From positions 1 to 64,000 of the IMG/VR virus record IMGVR_UViG_3300035184_001394: a DNA stretch of 64,000 nt; one strand, 5' to 3'. Of the stretch, positions 25,666 through 33,837 are shown in pieces. The translations under genes were made by a program, and so were the position numbers. The DNA is from a virus (lineage: Duplodnaviria; Heunggongvirae; Uroviricota; Caudoviricetes). Positions within the stretch are counted from its first letter, which is position 1, and each line of letters starts with the position of its first letter. Under the pieces are notes generated by a model. That model was not told where the DNA came from and made no database searches. It saw only the letters and a program-made list of their open reading frames with translations.

Positions 25666-27492
25666 TTATTCCTCGAACATAAACTCTTTACGTAATCCAG
25701 CATCTTTACCAAACATCATTTCAAAATATTTAGCATCATCAACAGTGACAGTATCGTATACAGGTTTGTTAATAATGGTATCATACTCTTGTTCGTTAAG
25801 ACTTCCCAAGCCTTTGATATACCTATGATACCAACTCTTAGATTCTGTTTTGAAATCATTTGCTTCCTCGTATGTATAGAACCACTTGACTTCGTTTTTA
25901 ATTGTTGAAATCATAATCGGTGTTCTTGTAATTTTAACTCTATGTTCAGTTAAAAGTCTTGGCCAGAATTTGTAGAAGAATGTAATAAGAAGTGGGCAAA
26001 TATGTCCAATTCCATCATGATCGGCGTCTGTTAGTATTGCAATATTTTTGTATGTCATATTGACAACACTATTTGGATCGTTTATATCAAGACCTAGTAT
26101 AGCTGTTAATTCGCTAAGTTCTTTATTCTTTAATACGTCAGCAGGTTTCATATCCCAAGTATTCATGATAACACCACGAAGAGGATAAGCACCGACTTTG
26201 TTTGCATCGCGTACTTTAAGTAAGAAACCCATTGCAGAATCGCCTTCTACAATCTTTAAAGTTGCATCAGATCTGTTTGCAGATATGTGTTTTGCAACTT
26301 TAATTTTCTTTAATTTCTTTTGAGCCATCGTTGCAGCTCGTCTATCAGCAGCTATTTTTTTAGCTAATTGAGCTTCAATTATAGGATCGATAATTTCTGG
26401 AGTATCCATGATTTTACGAGCATAATAAGCATGATCTTTAGCACTAGTAGTAGCAAAATGATTTCTTACATCAGACATAGAATTAGTTAGACGTTCTTTT
26501 GTTTGGCTGTCAAATTTTGGATTTGTAAAGTTACGAGCAAATAATACGAAAGTTATTCCAGCTTTAATAGTGGTTTTAACGACTTCTATTTTATGTTTTC
26601 TTTTGACTAATTTGACTAGCTCATCAACAACACCGTTCATCACATAATCTATGTATGTTCCGCCTTGTCTAGTATTCACTCCGTTTATATAACTTGTTGT
26701 CCGGAAACCATCTTCAGAAGGACCAAAGAAAAACGATAAATTATCATCTTTCTCAACAATATTATTATTACTAAACATTTCAGAATATTTCTTAAGGTTA
26801 CTAACTTTAATTCGTTTCTTATTGAATGAAAAAGCAATCTCAGGAAACGCCATTTGTAATCCAATTAATCGGTCTTCGATTAACTCAACAGTATCTAAGT
26901 CTTGTAAGTTGTCGACTTCAAACAAGCTAAAGTCTGCAGTAAAAGCAACTTCAGTTCCATTGCCTTCTTTTTGATATTCGCTGACTTTAAGTTCTTCACC
27001 ACCATCTTTACAATCAACTTCGATCATTTTTCCATTTGACCAAGTTCTTCCTAAAAATTTAGATGAAAGGAAATTAGTTGCAGAGGAACCAACTCCGTTG
27101 GTTCCTATAGTGACTCGATTGTCATCGAAACTTGTACCTGCATTGACTTTTGTCCAAGCAGCAACAGGTCTATAGATGTTAGCTCCCGTGACCTCGTCAT
27201 ATATCTCGTCTTGCGGTATACCTCTACCGTTATCAGAAACAGTTACAGAATCACCATCAACAGAAACATTAATTTTGTTTCCATATTTGAAGTTTGTTCT
27301 AATTGCCTCATCAATTGAATTATCAAGAATTTCATCAACCATTTTAGATAAAGCAGGAACATACAAAGTTTTTTTCCAAGTACCTAGAACAAATCTTTCG
27401 ACTTCTTCTTTAGAACTCGAACCCATATACATACCGATACGAGCACGAATGTGCTGCCGCGGTGTTAAAATCTTAAATTCTTCACTCATCAT
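25666..27492 (-). CDS. 39: DNA topoisomerase II large subunit (gp39, fused 39+60 type; GyrB-like)
   Basis: GHKL motifs DEILDNSIDEA, SDNGRGIP and GTNGVGSS. TOPRIM motifs EGDSA and LTDADHDG. At 608 aa it covers T4 gp39 plus gp60. Confidence 0.9.
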   Translation of the reverse strand: MMSEEFKILTPRQHIRARIGMYMGSSSKEEVERFVLGTWKKTLYVPALSKMVDEILDNSIDEAIRTNFKYGNKINVSVDGDSVTVSDNGRGIPQDEIYDEVTGANIYRPVAAWTKVNAGTSFDDNRVTIGTNGVGSSATNFLSSKFLGRTWSNGKMIEVDCKDGGEELKVSEYQKEGNGTEVAFTADFSLFEVDNLQDLDTVELIEDRLIGLQMAFPEIAFSFNKKRIKVSNLKKYSEMFSNNNIVEKDDNLSFFFGPSEDGFRTTSYINGVNTRQGGTYIDYVMNGVVDELVKLVKRKHKIEVVKTTIKAGITFVLFARNFTNPKFDSQTKERLTNSMSDVRNHFATTSAKDHAYYARKIMDTPEIIDPIIEAQLAKKIAADRRAATMAQKKLKKIKVAKHISANRSDATLKIVEGDSAMGFLLKVRDANKVGAYPLRGVIMNTWDMKPADVLKNKELSELTAILGLDINDPNSVVNMTYKNIAILTDADHDGIGHICPLLITFFYKFWPRLLTEHRVKITRTPIMISTIKNEVKWFYTYEEANDFKTESKSWYHRYIKGLGSLNEQEYDTIINKPVYDTVTVDDAKYFEMMFGKDAGLRKEFMFEE

Positions 27493-27517
27493 TTATCCTT
27501 TATCAGTTTATGTAACT

Positions 27518-27546
27518 ATTATATCATAGCGAGAACGAAATGTTAA
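27518..27546 (-). promoter_or_regulatory. early sigma70-type promoter
   Basis: Minus strand TTAACA-17-TATAAT with the conserved leader. Confidence 0.65.
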
Positions 27547-27644
27547 CGTTTATTTAAATATAATTTGTTATTAATCTTTTGACTGACATCTTATTATTTC
27601 AAATATATATTTATCGTCAGTTTCGTGATGTCCACCTGTGCTTC

Positions 27645-27908
27645 CTACCATTTCAATCGGCCCAGATGTACTATTATAAATTCTAAATTCTGACCCAACT
27701 TGCGATGCGCTAAATTCATATTGTGGATATATTCCAGTACATTTAATATATTTACCCTAACACCTTTCATTTTTGGATTTATAATATAGTGTTTTTTCTC
27801 ACTGAGATTATATTCTCTACAAAATACTTTTTGATAGTTAGTTATAATCTCGTTAAATGTACCTATAAATCCTACAGAACTTGGTTGCTTTATCATTTTA
27901 CTTCTCAT
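27645..27908 (-). CDS. hypothetical protein (87 aa as called; probably frame-disrupted, see findings)
   Basis: ORF track. The adjacent frame continues as a plausible 61-aa peptide down to 27571. Confidence 0.35.
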   Translation of the reverse strand: MRSKMIKQPSSVGFIGTFNEIITNYQKVFCREYNLSEKKHYIINPKMKGVRVNILNVLEYIHNMNLAHRKLGQNLEFIIVHLGRLKW

Positions 27909-27922
27909 TTTAAATAAAAATA

Positions 27923-28465
27923 TTACATATCCAACATTTTCTCAACTTGTTCAATAGTTTTGTTTAGACTTTCTTCATCATTAGTATCAATATAAACCAT
28001 TGCACCAGATTTGCGTTTCATTACTCTAATTTTAATTCCTGTTTTTGCATTGTGTAATTTTTTCTTGATTTCAGCACCCATCTCATCACTTGTTGTAATT
28101 ATAGCTCTTGTATCAGATTTAATATCTACTATTGGTTTAGGTTGTTTAGGAGCAAACGCAGCTGCGTTTGCTTTAGTCCATTTTTCTATTTGTGCTGCCA
28201 AATCAGCAAGTGTATTATCTTTACGTATAGTACCCATTGTTGAGTCAGTTTTACTGTTAACAAAGTCTGCATCATCTATATACGAAGTTTTCATTGCTTT
28301 TTTAGCATCATCACTTAATATTTTAATAAGTGCTTTTTTGATTTGTCTAGGATCAAATTGCAATGTTTGCCGTTGAACGTCTGGGTCAAGGCGACTTCTA
28401 TCCATTTTTATTAAAACTGAGTTTGGTTTAATTGATTCGTTTATGTAACTTTTAAATGATTTCAT
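27923..28465 (-). CDS. hypothetical protein (180 aa)
   Basis: ORF track; has its own early promoter. Confidence 0.55.
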   Translation of the reverse strand: MKSFKSYINESIKPNSVLIKMDRSRLDPDVQRQTLQFDPRQIKKALIKILSDDAKKAMKTSYIDDADFVNSKTDSTMGTIRKDNTLADLAAQIEKWTKANAAAFAPKQPKPIVDIKSDTRAIITTSDEMGAEIKKKLHNAKTGIKIRVMKRKSGAMVYIDTNDEESLNKTIEQVEKMLDM

Positions 28466-28487
28466 GTTTATTCCTTTTTATGAGTTT

Positions 28488-28516
28488 ATTATAAACTCGT
28501 TTAAATTAAATGTCAA
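28488..28516 (-). promoter_or_regulatory. early sigma70-type promoter
   Basis: Minus strand TTGACA-17-TATAAT. Confidence 0.75.
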
Positions 28517-28531
28517 TATTAAAAATATTTA

Positions 28532-28560
28532 TTTACATCGTTATTAAATTGTGTTATAAT
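28532..28560 (+). promoter_or_regulatory. early sigma70-type promoter (P1 of a tandem pair)
   Basis: TTTACA-17-TATAAT. Confidence 0.6.
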
Positions 28561-28594
28561 AAGTTTATCGGTTATTATTTATAACAATTATTTA

Positions 28595-28623
28595 TTGACA
28601 TTTAGTTAAAATATGTTATTATA
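28595..28623 (+). promoter_or_regulatory. early sigma70-type promoter (P2)
   Basis: TTGACA followed by TATTAT at 16 nt (or ATTATA at 17 nt). Confidence 0.55.
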
Positions 28624-28653
28624 GTATTATCAAATAAGTTAAGGAAATAAATT

Positions 28654-29007
28654 ATGAAAGTGCTTGATCTTAAAATAGATAGTTTGTATAAATTTAAATA
28701 TGATGAAAATATATTTAGATATGTTGGTTATAACTTGAGTGGTAATGGTGTCTGGCATCAGTTTACAAAAGATGTCAATCACGATGTTTGTGTTGAATTG
28801 TTAGATTCTGATATTGAGCTTATTGAACCATATTACGATAGTGTTTCAATTGGTACTAGAACTAGTACAAGAGAATATTTCGTATTCAAAAATGATCAGC
28901 AACATATGAAAAAAGAAAATCAAAACTTTGATACTTATATAAGCATGCATAAACCAAAGTGGCCTGTTCCTCGAAAAAATAAAAAAGCTCGATTTGCTAA
29001 AGGTTAA
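28654..29007 (+). CDS. hypothetical protein (117 aa)
   Basis: ORF track; AAGGAA RBS. Confidence 0.55.
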   Translation: MKVLDLKIDSLYKFKYDENIFRYVGYNLSGNGVWHQFTKDVNHDVCVELLDSDIELIEPYYDSVSIGTRTSTREYFVFKNDQQHMKKENQNFDTYISMHKPKWPVPRKNKKARFAKG

Positions 29008-29038
29008 ATTTAAAATTTTACTAACTGGGATTAAATAA

Positions 29039-29212
29039 ATGAATTATAAATTGGGATCTACTGTTCAAACAGGAGAAAAAATAAAAACATCTAAAGGATG
29101 GAGAAAAATCATAAGTGTGTTAGAGACGGGTGTAACTATTAAAGGTGATTTTATCTCATTTGGCGAAACTATATATGGATGGAAAGCAAAGCATATTGCT
29201 TCTAAGAAATAG
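29039..29212 (+). CDS. possible small protein (57 aa)
   Basis: Own translation MNYKLGSTVQTGEKIKTSKGWRKIISVLETGVTIKGDFISFGETIYGWKAKHIASKK. Confidence 0.35.
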   Translation: MNYKLGSTVQTGEKIKTSKGWRKIISVLETGVTIKGDFISFGETIYGWKAKHIASKK

Positions 29213-29226
29213 CATTATCTATTAAT

Positions 29227-29550
29227 TTACCATTTTTCTTTGTCAGCCCAATATGCGCCAGACATTTTACCTTTTTTTATATTCTTAGCGTGTCTGGCTT
29301 TGAATGATTTACGCTTTGCTTTCATATTATCAGATTCACCTTTTTTAGGTTCTCCTGCAGTTGAAGAACCTTGCTCACCAAAGCGTATTGTTTTGATTTT
29401 ATCGCCTTCTTTGGCTACAACAATATGACTCTTGGTTGGATGACTTGGTGTTTTCTTTGGTTTATTATAACCTTTTACTCCAGCCCTTTTTAATCGAGAA
29501 TCATTTTCTTCAGTGATGCATTCTGTAATAAATGCAGCGAAAGTTTTCAT
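29227..29550 (-). CDS. hypothetical basic protein (107 aa)
   Basis: ORF track. Lys/Arg-rich with a C-terminal ..SGAYWADKEKW. A late-type promoter lies upstream. Confidence 0.55.
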   Translation of the reverse strand: MKTFAAFITECITEENDSRLKRAGVKGYNKPKKTPSHPTKSHIVVAKEGDKIKTIRFGEQGSSTAGEPKKGESDNMKAKRKSFKARHAKNIKKGKMSGAYWADKEKW

Positions 29551-29599
29551 TTGTATTCCTTTGTATGTAATATTATATGTTCTTATTATACAGCTATCT

Positions 29600-29607
29600 T
29601 ATTTATA
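29600..29607 (-). promoter_or_regulatory. T4-type late promoter TATAAATA
   Basis: Minus strand TATAAATA about 50 nt upstream of the ATG at 29550. Confidence 0.4.
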
Positions 29608-29687
29608 ATAGTTAATATGTGTGATCTTTAAACACACTCATCGAAGCTTATAAATGTTAATAAAGTCTTATATGATTAAAATAAACG

Positions 29688-29716
29688 TTGACATTAACAT
29701 TCAACTGTTGTATAAT
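29688..29716 (+). promoter_or_regulatory. early sigma70-type promoter (distal of a tandem pair)
   Basis: AAATAAACG-TTGACA-17-TATAAT. Confidence 0.7.
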
Positions 29717-29788
29717 GGATATATAATCGATAATAATACTATATGTTTAAACGATGCAAGTAGGTACTTGATATAATTAAAATAAACG

Positions 29789-29816
29789 TTGACATTTATT
29801 TTTATTGTGTTATAAT
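29789..29816 (+). promoter_or_regulatory. early sigma70-type promoter (proximal)
   Basis: AAATAAACG-TTGACA-16-TATAAT. Confidence 0.7.
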
Positions 29817-29845
29817 AGTCTCGTAAATTTATTAGGAATTAACTC

Positions 29846-30589
29846 ATGCTTATTTTAAGTAAAACCCACGATTATTATGATTGCGTGTCGCAACACGGTA
29901 TCGACAAAACTATTATCTATAAGAGAAAAGATTCTGAAATAGAATTTAACTCAAATGAATTAAATTTTAAAATACATGATGTTTATCGAGATAGATGTTC
30001 TAGTGTATTAACTGTACGTTTATATTATATCTATTTTTGTGGTAAATTTTACCCAGGAGCTAAAATATCATGGTCACGCGACAGTCCATCTTTAGCAAAT
30101 AATTATAATATGAAAGATCCAGTTTATCATTGCTATTCAATGTATGAATACTTAGCTATCGTTGATCTATATAATAATACACATAATTATAATCAGTTTA
30201 AGATCTTAAAAGATTCAAAAAGAACTGCATATGTTAGCGCGCTTCGTTCACATAAAAAAATGAATTCATTCTTTTCTGATGAAGTAAAAATATCGCATGA
30301 TTTGATTCATAAAATTGGAACTCCAGTTGGCATGGTTGGTATGCGCATACCACGCCCTTTAAATAGTAATATTAAGTCAAATAACATTATTTTTTATAAA
30401 GACATAAATCTAAAGCAATTTGAGTTTTTTAGAGTTAAAGACACTTATATTGCGTTTAGTGAAATTGCTCAATTTATATCTGGTGTGCTTGGTGGTAACA
30501 GTCCACCTCTTATTGAAATAGAAGATAAACACAGAATCACTGGTCGCGGTTTTGACAATATGAGTTTTCGAAAACGCAAAGTAATATAA
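29846..30589 (+). CDS. hypothetical protein (247 aa)
   Basis: ORF track; no motif recognised. Confidence 0.55.
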   Translation: MLILSKTHDYYDCVSQHGIDKTIIYKRKDSEIEFNSNELNFKIHDVYRDRCSSVLTVRLYYIYFCGKFYPGAKISWSRDSPSLANNYNMKDPVYHCYSMYEYLAIVDLYNNTHNYNQFKILKDSKRTAYVSALRSHKKMNSFFSDEVKISHDLIHKIGTPVGMVGMRIPRPLNSNIKSNNIIFYKDINLKQFEFFRVKDTYIAFSEIAQFISGVLGGNSPPLIEIEDKHRITGRGFDNMSFRKRKVI

Positions 30590-30597
30590 AAAAATTA

Positions 30598-30626
30598 TTG
30601 ACACCCATTTTTTATTATATTACAGT
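30598..30626 (+). promoter_or_regulatory. early sigma70-type promoter
   Basis: TTGACA-17-TACAGT. Confidence 0.55.
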
Positions 30627-30669
30627 AGTCTTGTAAATTAATAAAACAACTTGAATTAGGAAATACACA

Positions 30670-30921
30670 ATGTTTAATTTTACACTAGGTAACGACAAGT
30701 TTTTAATAGAAATTAATTACATTTCAGGTATACAGAAGCGCTTTTGGGTATACAGTTTTAATATGAGTAATGGAAATGTAAATAATTGCAACTATGTCTC
30801 TGACTTAAACAGACCAATAGATATTTTTGCTGGTGATAAATACGAAAATAAAATAGAATCAATATATCAAATTGGTTATAAACGCGGCCTATTAAGTTTT
30901 TTAAAAGGGAAAAATAAATGA
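30670..30921 (+). CDS. hypothetical protein (83 aa)
   Basis: ORF track; ATGA overlap with the next gene. Confidence 0.45.
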   Translation: MFNFTLGNDKFLIEINYISGIQKRFWVYSFNMSNGNVNNCNYVSDLNRPIDIFAGDKYENKIESIYQIGYKRGLLSFLKGKNK

Positions 30922-31403
30922 GTAATGATTTAGTAAAAGACATTAGTGAAATGCACCAAAAGTTTGGTGTAAACGACTGGTTTGAAAAGAATAAACACGA
31001 CAAAGTATTAATGAAAGAATTCCTTAGATTCCGTATTAACATGTGTCTTGAAGAATTGCTTGAAACAGCAACTGCAGCCAACTTAGTGCTACATACTGAT
31101 ATTCAAGAAGGTCTAGTGTTTAAAGAATCTCAAAACAACGATTTGTGTATTGATTCTGAAGAAGTAGTAGATGGCTTAATCGATCTTTCTGTGTTCGCTA
31201 TTGGTACATTAGACGTGTTTAATGCTGATGCAAACAAAGCTTGGGATGCTGTATACGATGCGAATATGGTTAAAGAATCTGGTGTTAAACCTGGTCGCCC
31301 AAATAAATGGGGTCTTCCTGATATGATAAAACCGAAAATGGAAACACATGGCTACGACTGGGTAGCTCCATCTCATGAAGGTAATCACGGAGATTTTAAA
31401 TGA
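30918..31403 (+). CDS. MazG / PRA-PH-like all-alpha NTP pyrophosphohydrolase
   Basis: FRINMCLEELLE (EExxE-type metal site), VVDGLIDLSVFAIGT (second acidic helix), then ..VYDANMVK...GKP..KP..W..P tail as in MazG-like phage enzymes. Confidence 0.6.
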   Translation: MSNDLVKDISEMHQKFGVNDWFEKNKHDKVLMKEFLRFRINMCLEELLETATAANLVLHTDIQEGLVFKESQNNDLCIDSEEVVDGLIDLSVFAIGTLDVFNADANKAWDAVYDANMVKESGVKPGRPNKWGLPDMIKPKMETHGYDWVAPSHEGNHGDFK

Positions 31404-31600
31404 GAAAGGAAATTATAGAAACACTAAAATCTCATGCTATTGGCCATATCAATAAACATAAGATGAACGTCGAGATTTACCTCGCAAACCCAGTTGGTAT
31501 CGGTGAGCATTCAGACGTCATTGAAACTATTGAACTAGAACTTAAACAAATTGCAGAGTATCAAGATCAACTCGAAGTTTTAGAAAAATACTTTAGTTAA
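31400..31600 (+). CDS. hypothetical protein (66 aa)
   Basis: ORF track; ATGA overlap with the upstream gene. Confidence 0.45.
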   Translation: MRKEIIETLKSHAIGHINKHKMNVEIYLANPVGIGEHSDVIETIELELKQIAEYQDQLEVLEKYFS

Positions 31601-31609
31601 AAATAACAA

Positions 31610-31638
31610 TTGACATTCCTTTTATTTTAATATATAAT
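31610..31638 (+). promoter_or_regulatory. early sigma70-type promoter
   Basis: TTGACA-17-TATAAT. Confidence 0.75.
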
Positions 31639-31681
31639 AGTTGTATATTAATTTAGAAGGTTTTCTAGTACAGGAGTTTAA

Positions 31682-32101
31682 ATGAAATACGATAACGGTA
31701 AAACAGATTTATCATTGATACCACCAGAAGTCTTAGTTGACATTGCGTGTGTATTAGGCTTTGGTGCAAAGAAATATGGTAGGGATAATCACCGCTTTGA
31801 TGCTGGAGAAACTGAATGGAGTAGAGTATATGCTTCAGCCCAACGCCACTTGCATGATTTTTGGTCAGGTGAAGATTTTGACCCAGAATCTGGTCAGAAA
31901 CATATAACACACGCAATTACCCAATTGATTATTCTTGCAACTGCAATTAACGATGGCCATACGAATATGGATGACCGGTTTTTTACAAAATTAAAACAGT
32001 TAAGCACTACAGAAAAACCAAAACCCGACAGTCTCTTAGATACTAAAGCAACTAAACATGCACCCTATGTATATTTAAAGTCTCGGGAGATTATTGAATA
32101 A
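31682..32101 (+). CDS. dNTP diphosphohydrolase-like protein (KYDxGK...FGAxKYG family, MazZ-related N-terminal domain)
   Basis: MKYDNGKTDLSLIPPEVLVDIACVLGFGAKKYGRDN...SAQRHLHDFWSGEDFDPESGQKHITHAI matches the pattern I associate with the dATP/dGTP diphosphohydrolase N-terminal domain family. Confidence 0.5.
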   Translation: MKYDNGKTDLSLIPPEVLVDIACVLGFGAKKYGRDNHRFDAGETEWSRVYASAQRHLHDFWSGEDFDPESGQKHITHAITQLIILATAINDGHTNMDDRFFTKLKQLSTTEKPKPDSLLDTKATKHAPYVYLKSREIIE

Positions 32102-32850
32102 TGATAGTTGAAGATATACGTAAATACTTTAAAGAAGAACTTGCTGCAGAACGTTTCACTATTGATAAAACTGGTGCTAAAACGATCGAGTTGTTAGGTG
32201 CTAGCTTTATTGCTGATGAACCTGCTATTTTTGGTATTCCTAATCAAGAATATATTGATGCTGAAATAAAATGGTACAATAGTTGTTCTACTAATATTAA
32301 TACATTAGAAAAAATTTATGGTAAGAAACCAGCTGCGTGGGCTTACTCAGCAAATTCTTATGGCGAAATCAATTCGAATTATGGTCATCTTTTGTTTGAA
32401 CCAAAGTACTATAATCAATTTGAAAATGCTGTAAAAGAACTAATCAATAACCCTGATAGTAGACGTGCTCAACTAACATACACTAGACCTTCTGTATGGG
32501 TTGATTTTAACGAAAGCGGCAAAAACGATTTCATATGTACTTTAGGTCAACTGTTTTATATACGTGATAATAAATTACATATGGTAAGCATGATGCGAAG
32601 CAACGACTCTTGGGCTGGTTATCGCAATGATTATGCTTGGGCTAAATATCTTATGGAACTCGCTGTTAACGAATACAATGTTGGATGTGAAAATACTCCT
32701 ATTGCTATTGGTAATCTGTATTGGCAAGTAGCCAATATGCACATATATGAAAGAAATTTCTATTTAGTTGATTATTATTCAAAAACAGGTAAATTTCATA
32801 TTTCTAAACCCGACTATGCTGCAAAATATCCGAATAGTCAATATAATTAA
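32101..32850 (+). CDS. 42: deoxycytidylate 5-hydroxymethyltransferase (T4 gp42-like)
   Basis: Collinear with T4 gp42 as recalled: FTIDKTGAKTIELLGASFIADEP.IFG, GEINSNYG, NPDSRR, NDFICT (catalytic Cys), MRSNDSWAGYRNDYAW (Asp of RNDYAW = cytosine-specifying residue), HIYERNFYLVD, GKFHISKPDY. Confidence 0.85.
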   Translation: MIVEDIRKYFKEELAAERFTIDKTGAKTIELLGASFIADEPAIFGIPNQEYIDAEIKWYNSCSTNINTLEKIYGKKPAAWAYSANSYGEINSNYGHLLFEPKYYNQFENAVKELINNPDSRRAQLTYTRPSVWVDFNESGKNDFICTLGQLFYIRDNKLHMVSMMRSNDSWAGYRNDYAWAKYLMELAVNEYNVGCENTPIAIGNLYWQVANMHIYERNFYLVDYYSKTGKFHISKPDYAAKYPNSQYN

Positions 32851-32853
32851 CTG

Positions 32854-32882
32854 TTGACATTTCGGTTTAAGCTTGTTATAAT
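32854..32882 (+). promoter_or_regulatory. early sigma70-type promoter with conserved leader
   Basis: TTGACA-17-TATAAT then AGTTACATAAATTTATTAGG. Confidence 0.75.
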
Positions 32883-32911
32883 AGTTACATAAATTTATTA
32901 GGAAATATATT

Positions 32912-33364
32912 ATGTGTGATAAGTGGCATAAACGTTACCTTCATTTAGCAAAGAATATTGCTTCATGGAGCAGAGATCCTTCTCGTAAAATCGGAGCAGT
33001 TGCTATTGGTTCTAAAGGTCAGGTATTAGCTCAAGGTTTCAATGGATTCCCTCGGGGTATTCGAGATACTGAAGAAAGATATAATGACCGCGAGACTAAG
33101 TATAAATATGTCGTACACGCTGAAATGAACTGTATATATAACGCTACGTATAGTGGTGTTAGCCTTGATGGTAGTTCATTATATGTGCATGGTTTACCAG
33201 TTTGTTCTGAATGCGCTAAAGGTATTATTCAAACTGGAATCAAAGAAGTATTTTGGTCTGCTGATGAAGAAATACCAGTAAGATGGTGTGATGCTTATAA
33301 GATAACAAAGAATATGCTTCTAGAAGCTGGCATAAATATAACATATGTAAACATAGGAGAATAA
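32912..33364 (+). CDS. cd: dCMP deaminase
   Basis: Cytidine/deoxycytidylate deaminase zinc motifs VHAEMNCI and PCSECAKGI. Confidence 0.85.
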   Translation: MCDKWHKRYLHLAKNIASWSRDPSRKIGAVAIGSKGQVLAQGFNGFPRGIRDTEERYNDRETKYKYVVHAEMNCIYNATYSGVSLDGSSLYVHGLPVCSECAKGIIQTGIKEVFWSADEEIPVRWCDAYKITKNMLLEAGINITYVNIGE

Positions 33365-33367
33365 AAA

Positions 33368-33730
33368 TTGGAAGATGATTTATTACCAACAATAAGTGCG
33401 GTTATATTACTACCAGAGAGTAGATCTGACGTAACAAGATATGTGTTGATTGGAGATTTTAAATATGCTGGATTTGAAGTTCCAAGTGGGTTTGTGACTG
33501 ACGGTTTGACTATACCAAGGATATTTTGGAGCATACTACCACCCATTCACAGATACTTTCCTGCAGCCATAATTCATGATTATCTATTAACACAAGTATC
33601 TCGCGTAGAAGCTGACAGAGAGTTTAAGATTGTACTGAAAAAGCTAAATATATCTAGAGTGCGTAGATTTTTAATGGCTGCCGCAGTAAGATTATATTCA
33701 ACAATACTAAAAATATTAAATAAAAGTTGA
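33368..33730 (+). CDS. DUF1353-family protein (TTG start)
   Basis: FEVPSGFVTDGLTIPRIFW...AAIIHDYL...EADREF...R..MAAAVRLY fits the DUF1353 pattern. Confidence 0.6.
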   Translation: MEDDLLPTISAVILLPESRSDVTRYVLIGDFKYAGFEVPSGFVTDGLTIPRIFWSILPPIHRYFPAAIIHDYLLTQVSRVEADREFKIVLKKLNISRVRRFLMAAAVRLYSTILKILNKS

Positions 33731-33755
33731 CATTATAATCAACTTGTGATATAGT
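33727..33755 (+). promoter_or_regulatory. early sigma70-type promoter of the six-gene operon
   Basis: TTGACA-17-TATAGT. Followed by an atypical ~80-nt GC-containing leader rather than the standard leader. Confidence 0.65.
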
Positions 33756-33837
33756 AGTATCAATTAAACAACTGTGGGCTACTCTGCTTAAACCCAGCCA
33801 ATCCCACATTAATAAACTGAAATAATAGAGGAAGAAA

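Noticed and set aside
27176-27529. A 117-aa plus-strand ORF.
   Set aside because: It is antisense to the topoisomerase gp39 gene, which has clear GHKL/TOPRIM motifs.
28011-28376. A 121-aa plus-strand ORF.
   Set aside because: It is antisense to ORF 27923-28465. The promoter cassette at 28488-28516 supports the minus-strand gene.
4400-29816. The recurring ~29-bp ...TGTCAA.../...TTGACA... motif was considered as a possible CRISPR-like or dispersed repeat array.
   Set aside because: Copies are separated by whole genes and always lie on the coding strand just upstream of an ORF. They match the sigma70 -35/-10 consensus with 17-nt spacing, so they are promoters and not a repeat-spacer array.
30758-31081. 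A 107-aa minus-strand ORF.
   Set aside because: It is antisense to two translationally coupled plus-strand early genes in a uniformly plus-strand block.
33295-33546. An 83-aa minus-strand ORF spanning the cd/DUF1353 junction.
   Set aside because: It is antisense to two motif-supported plus-strand genes.
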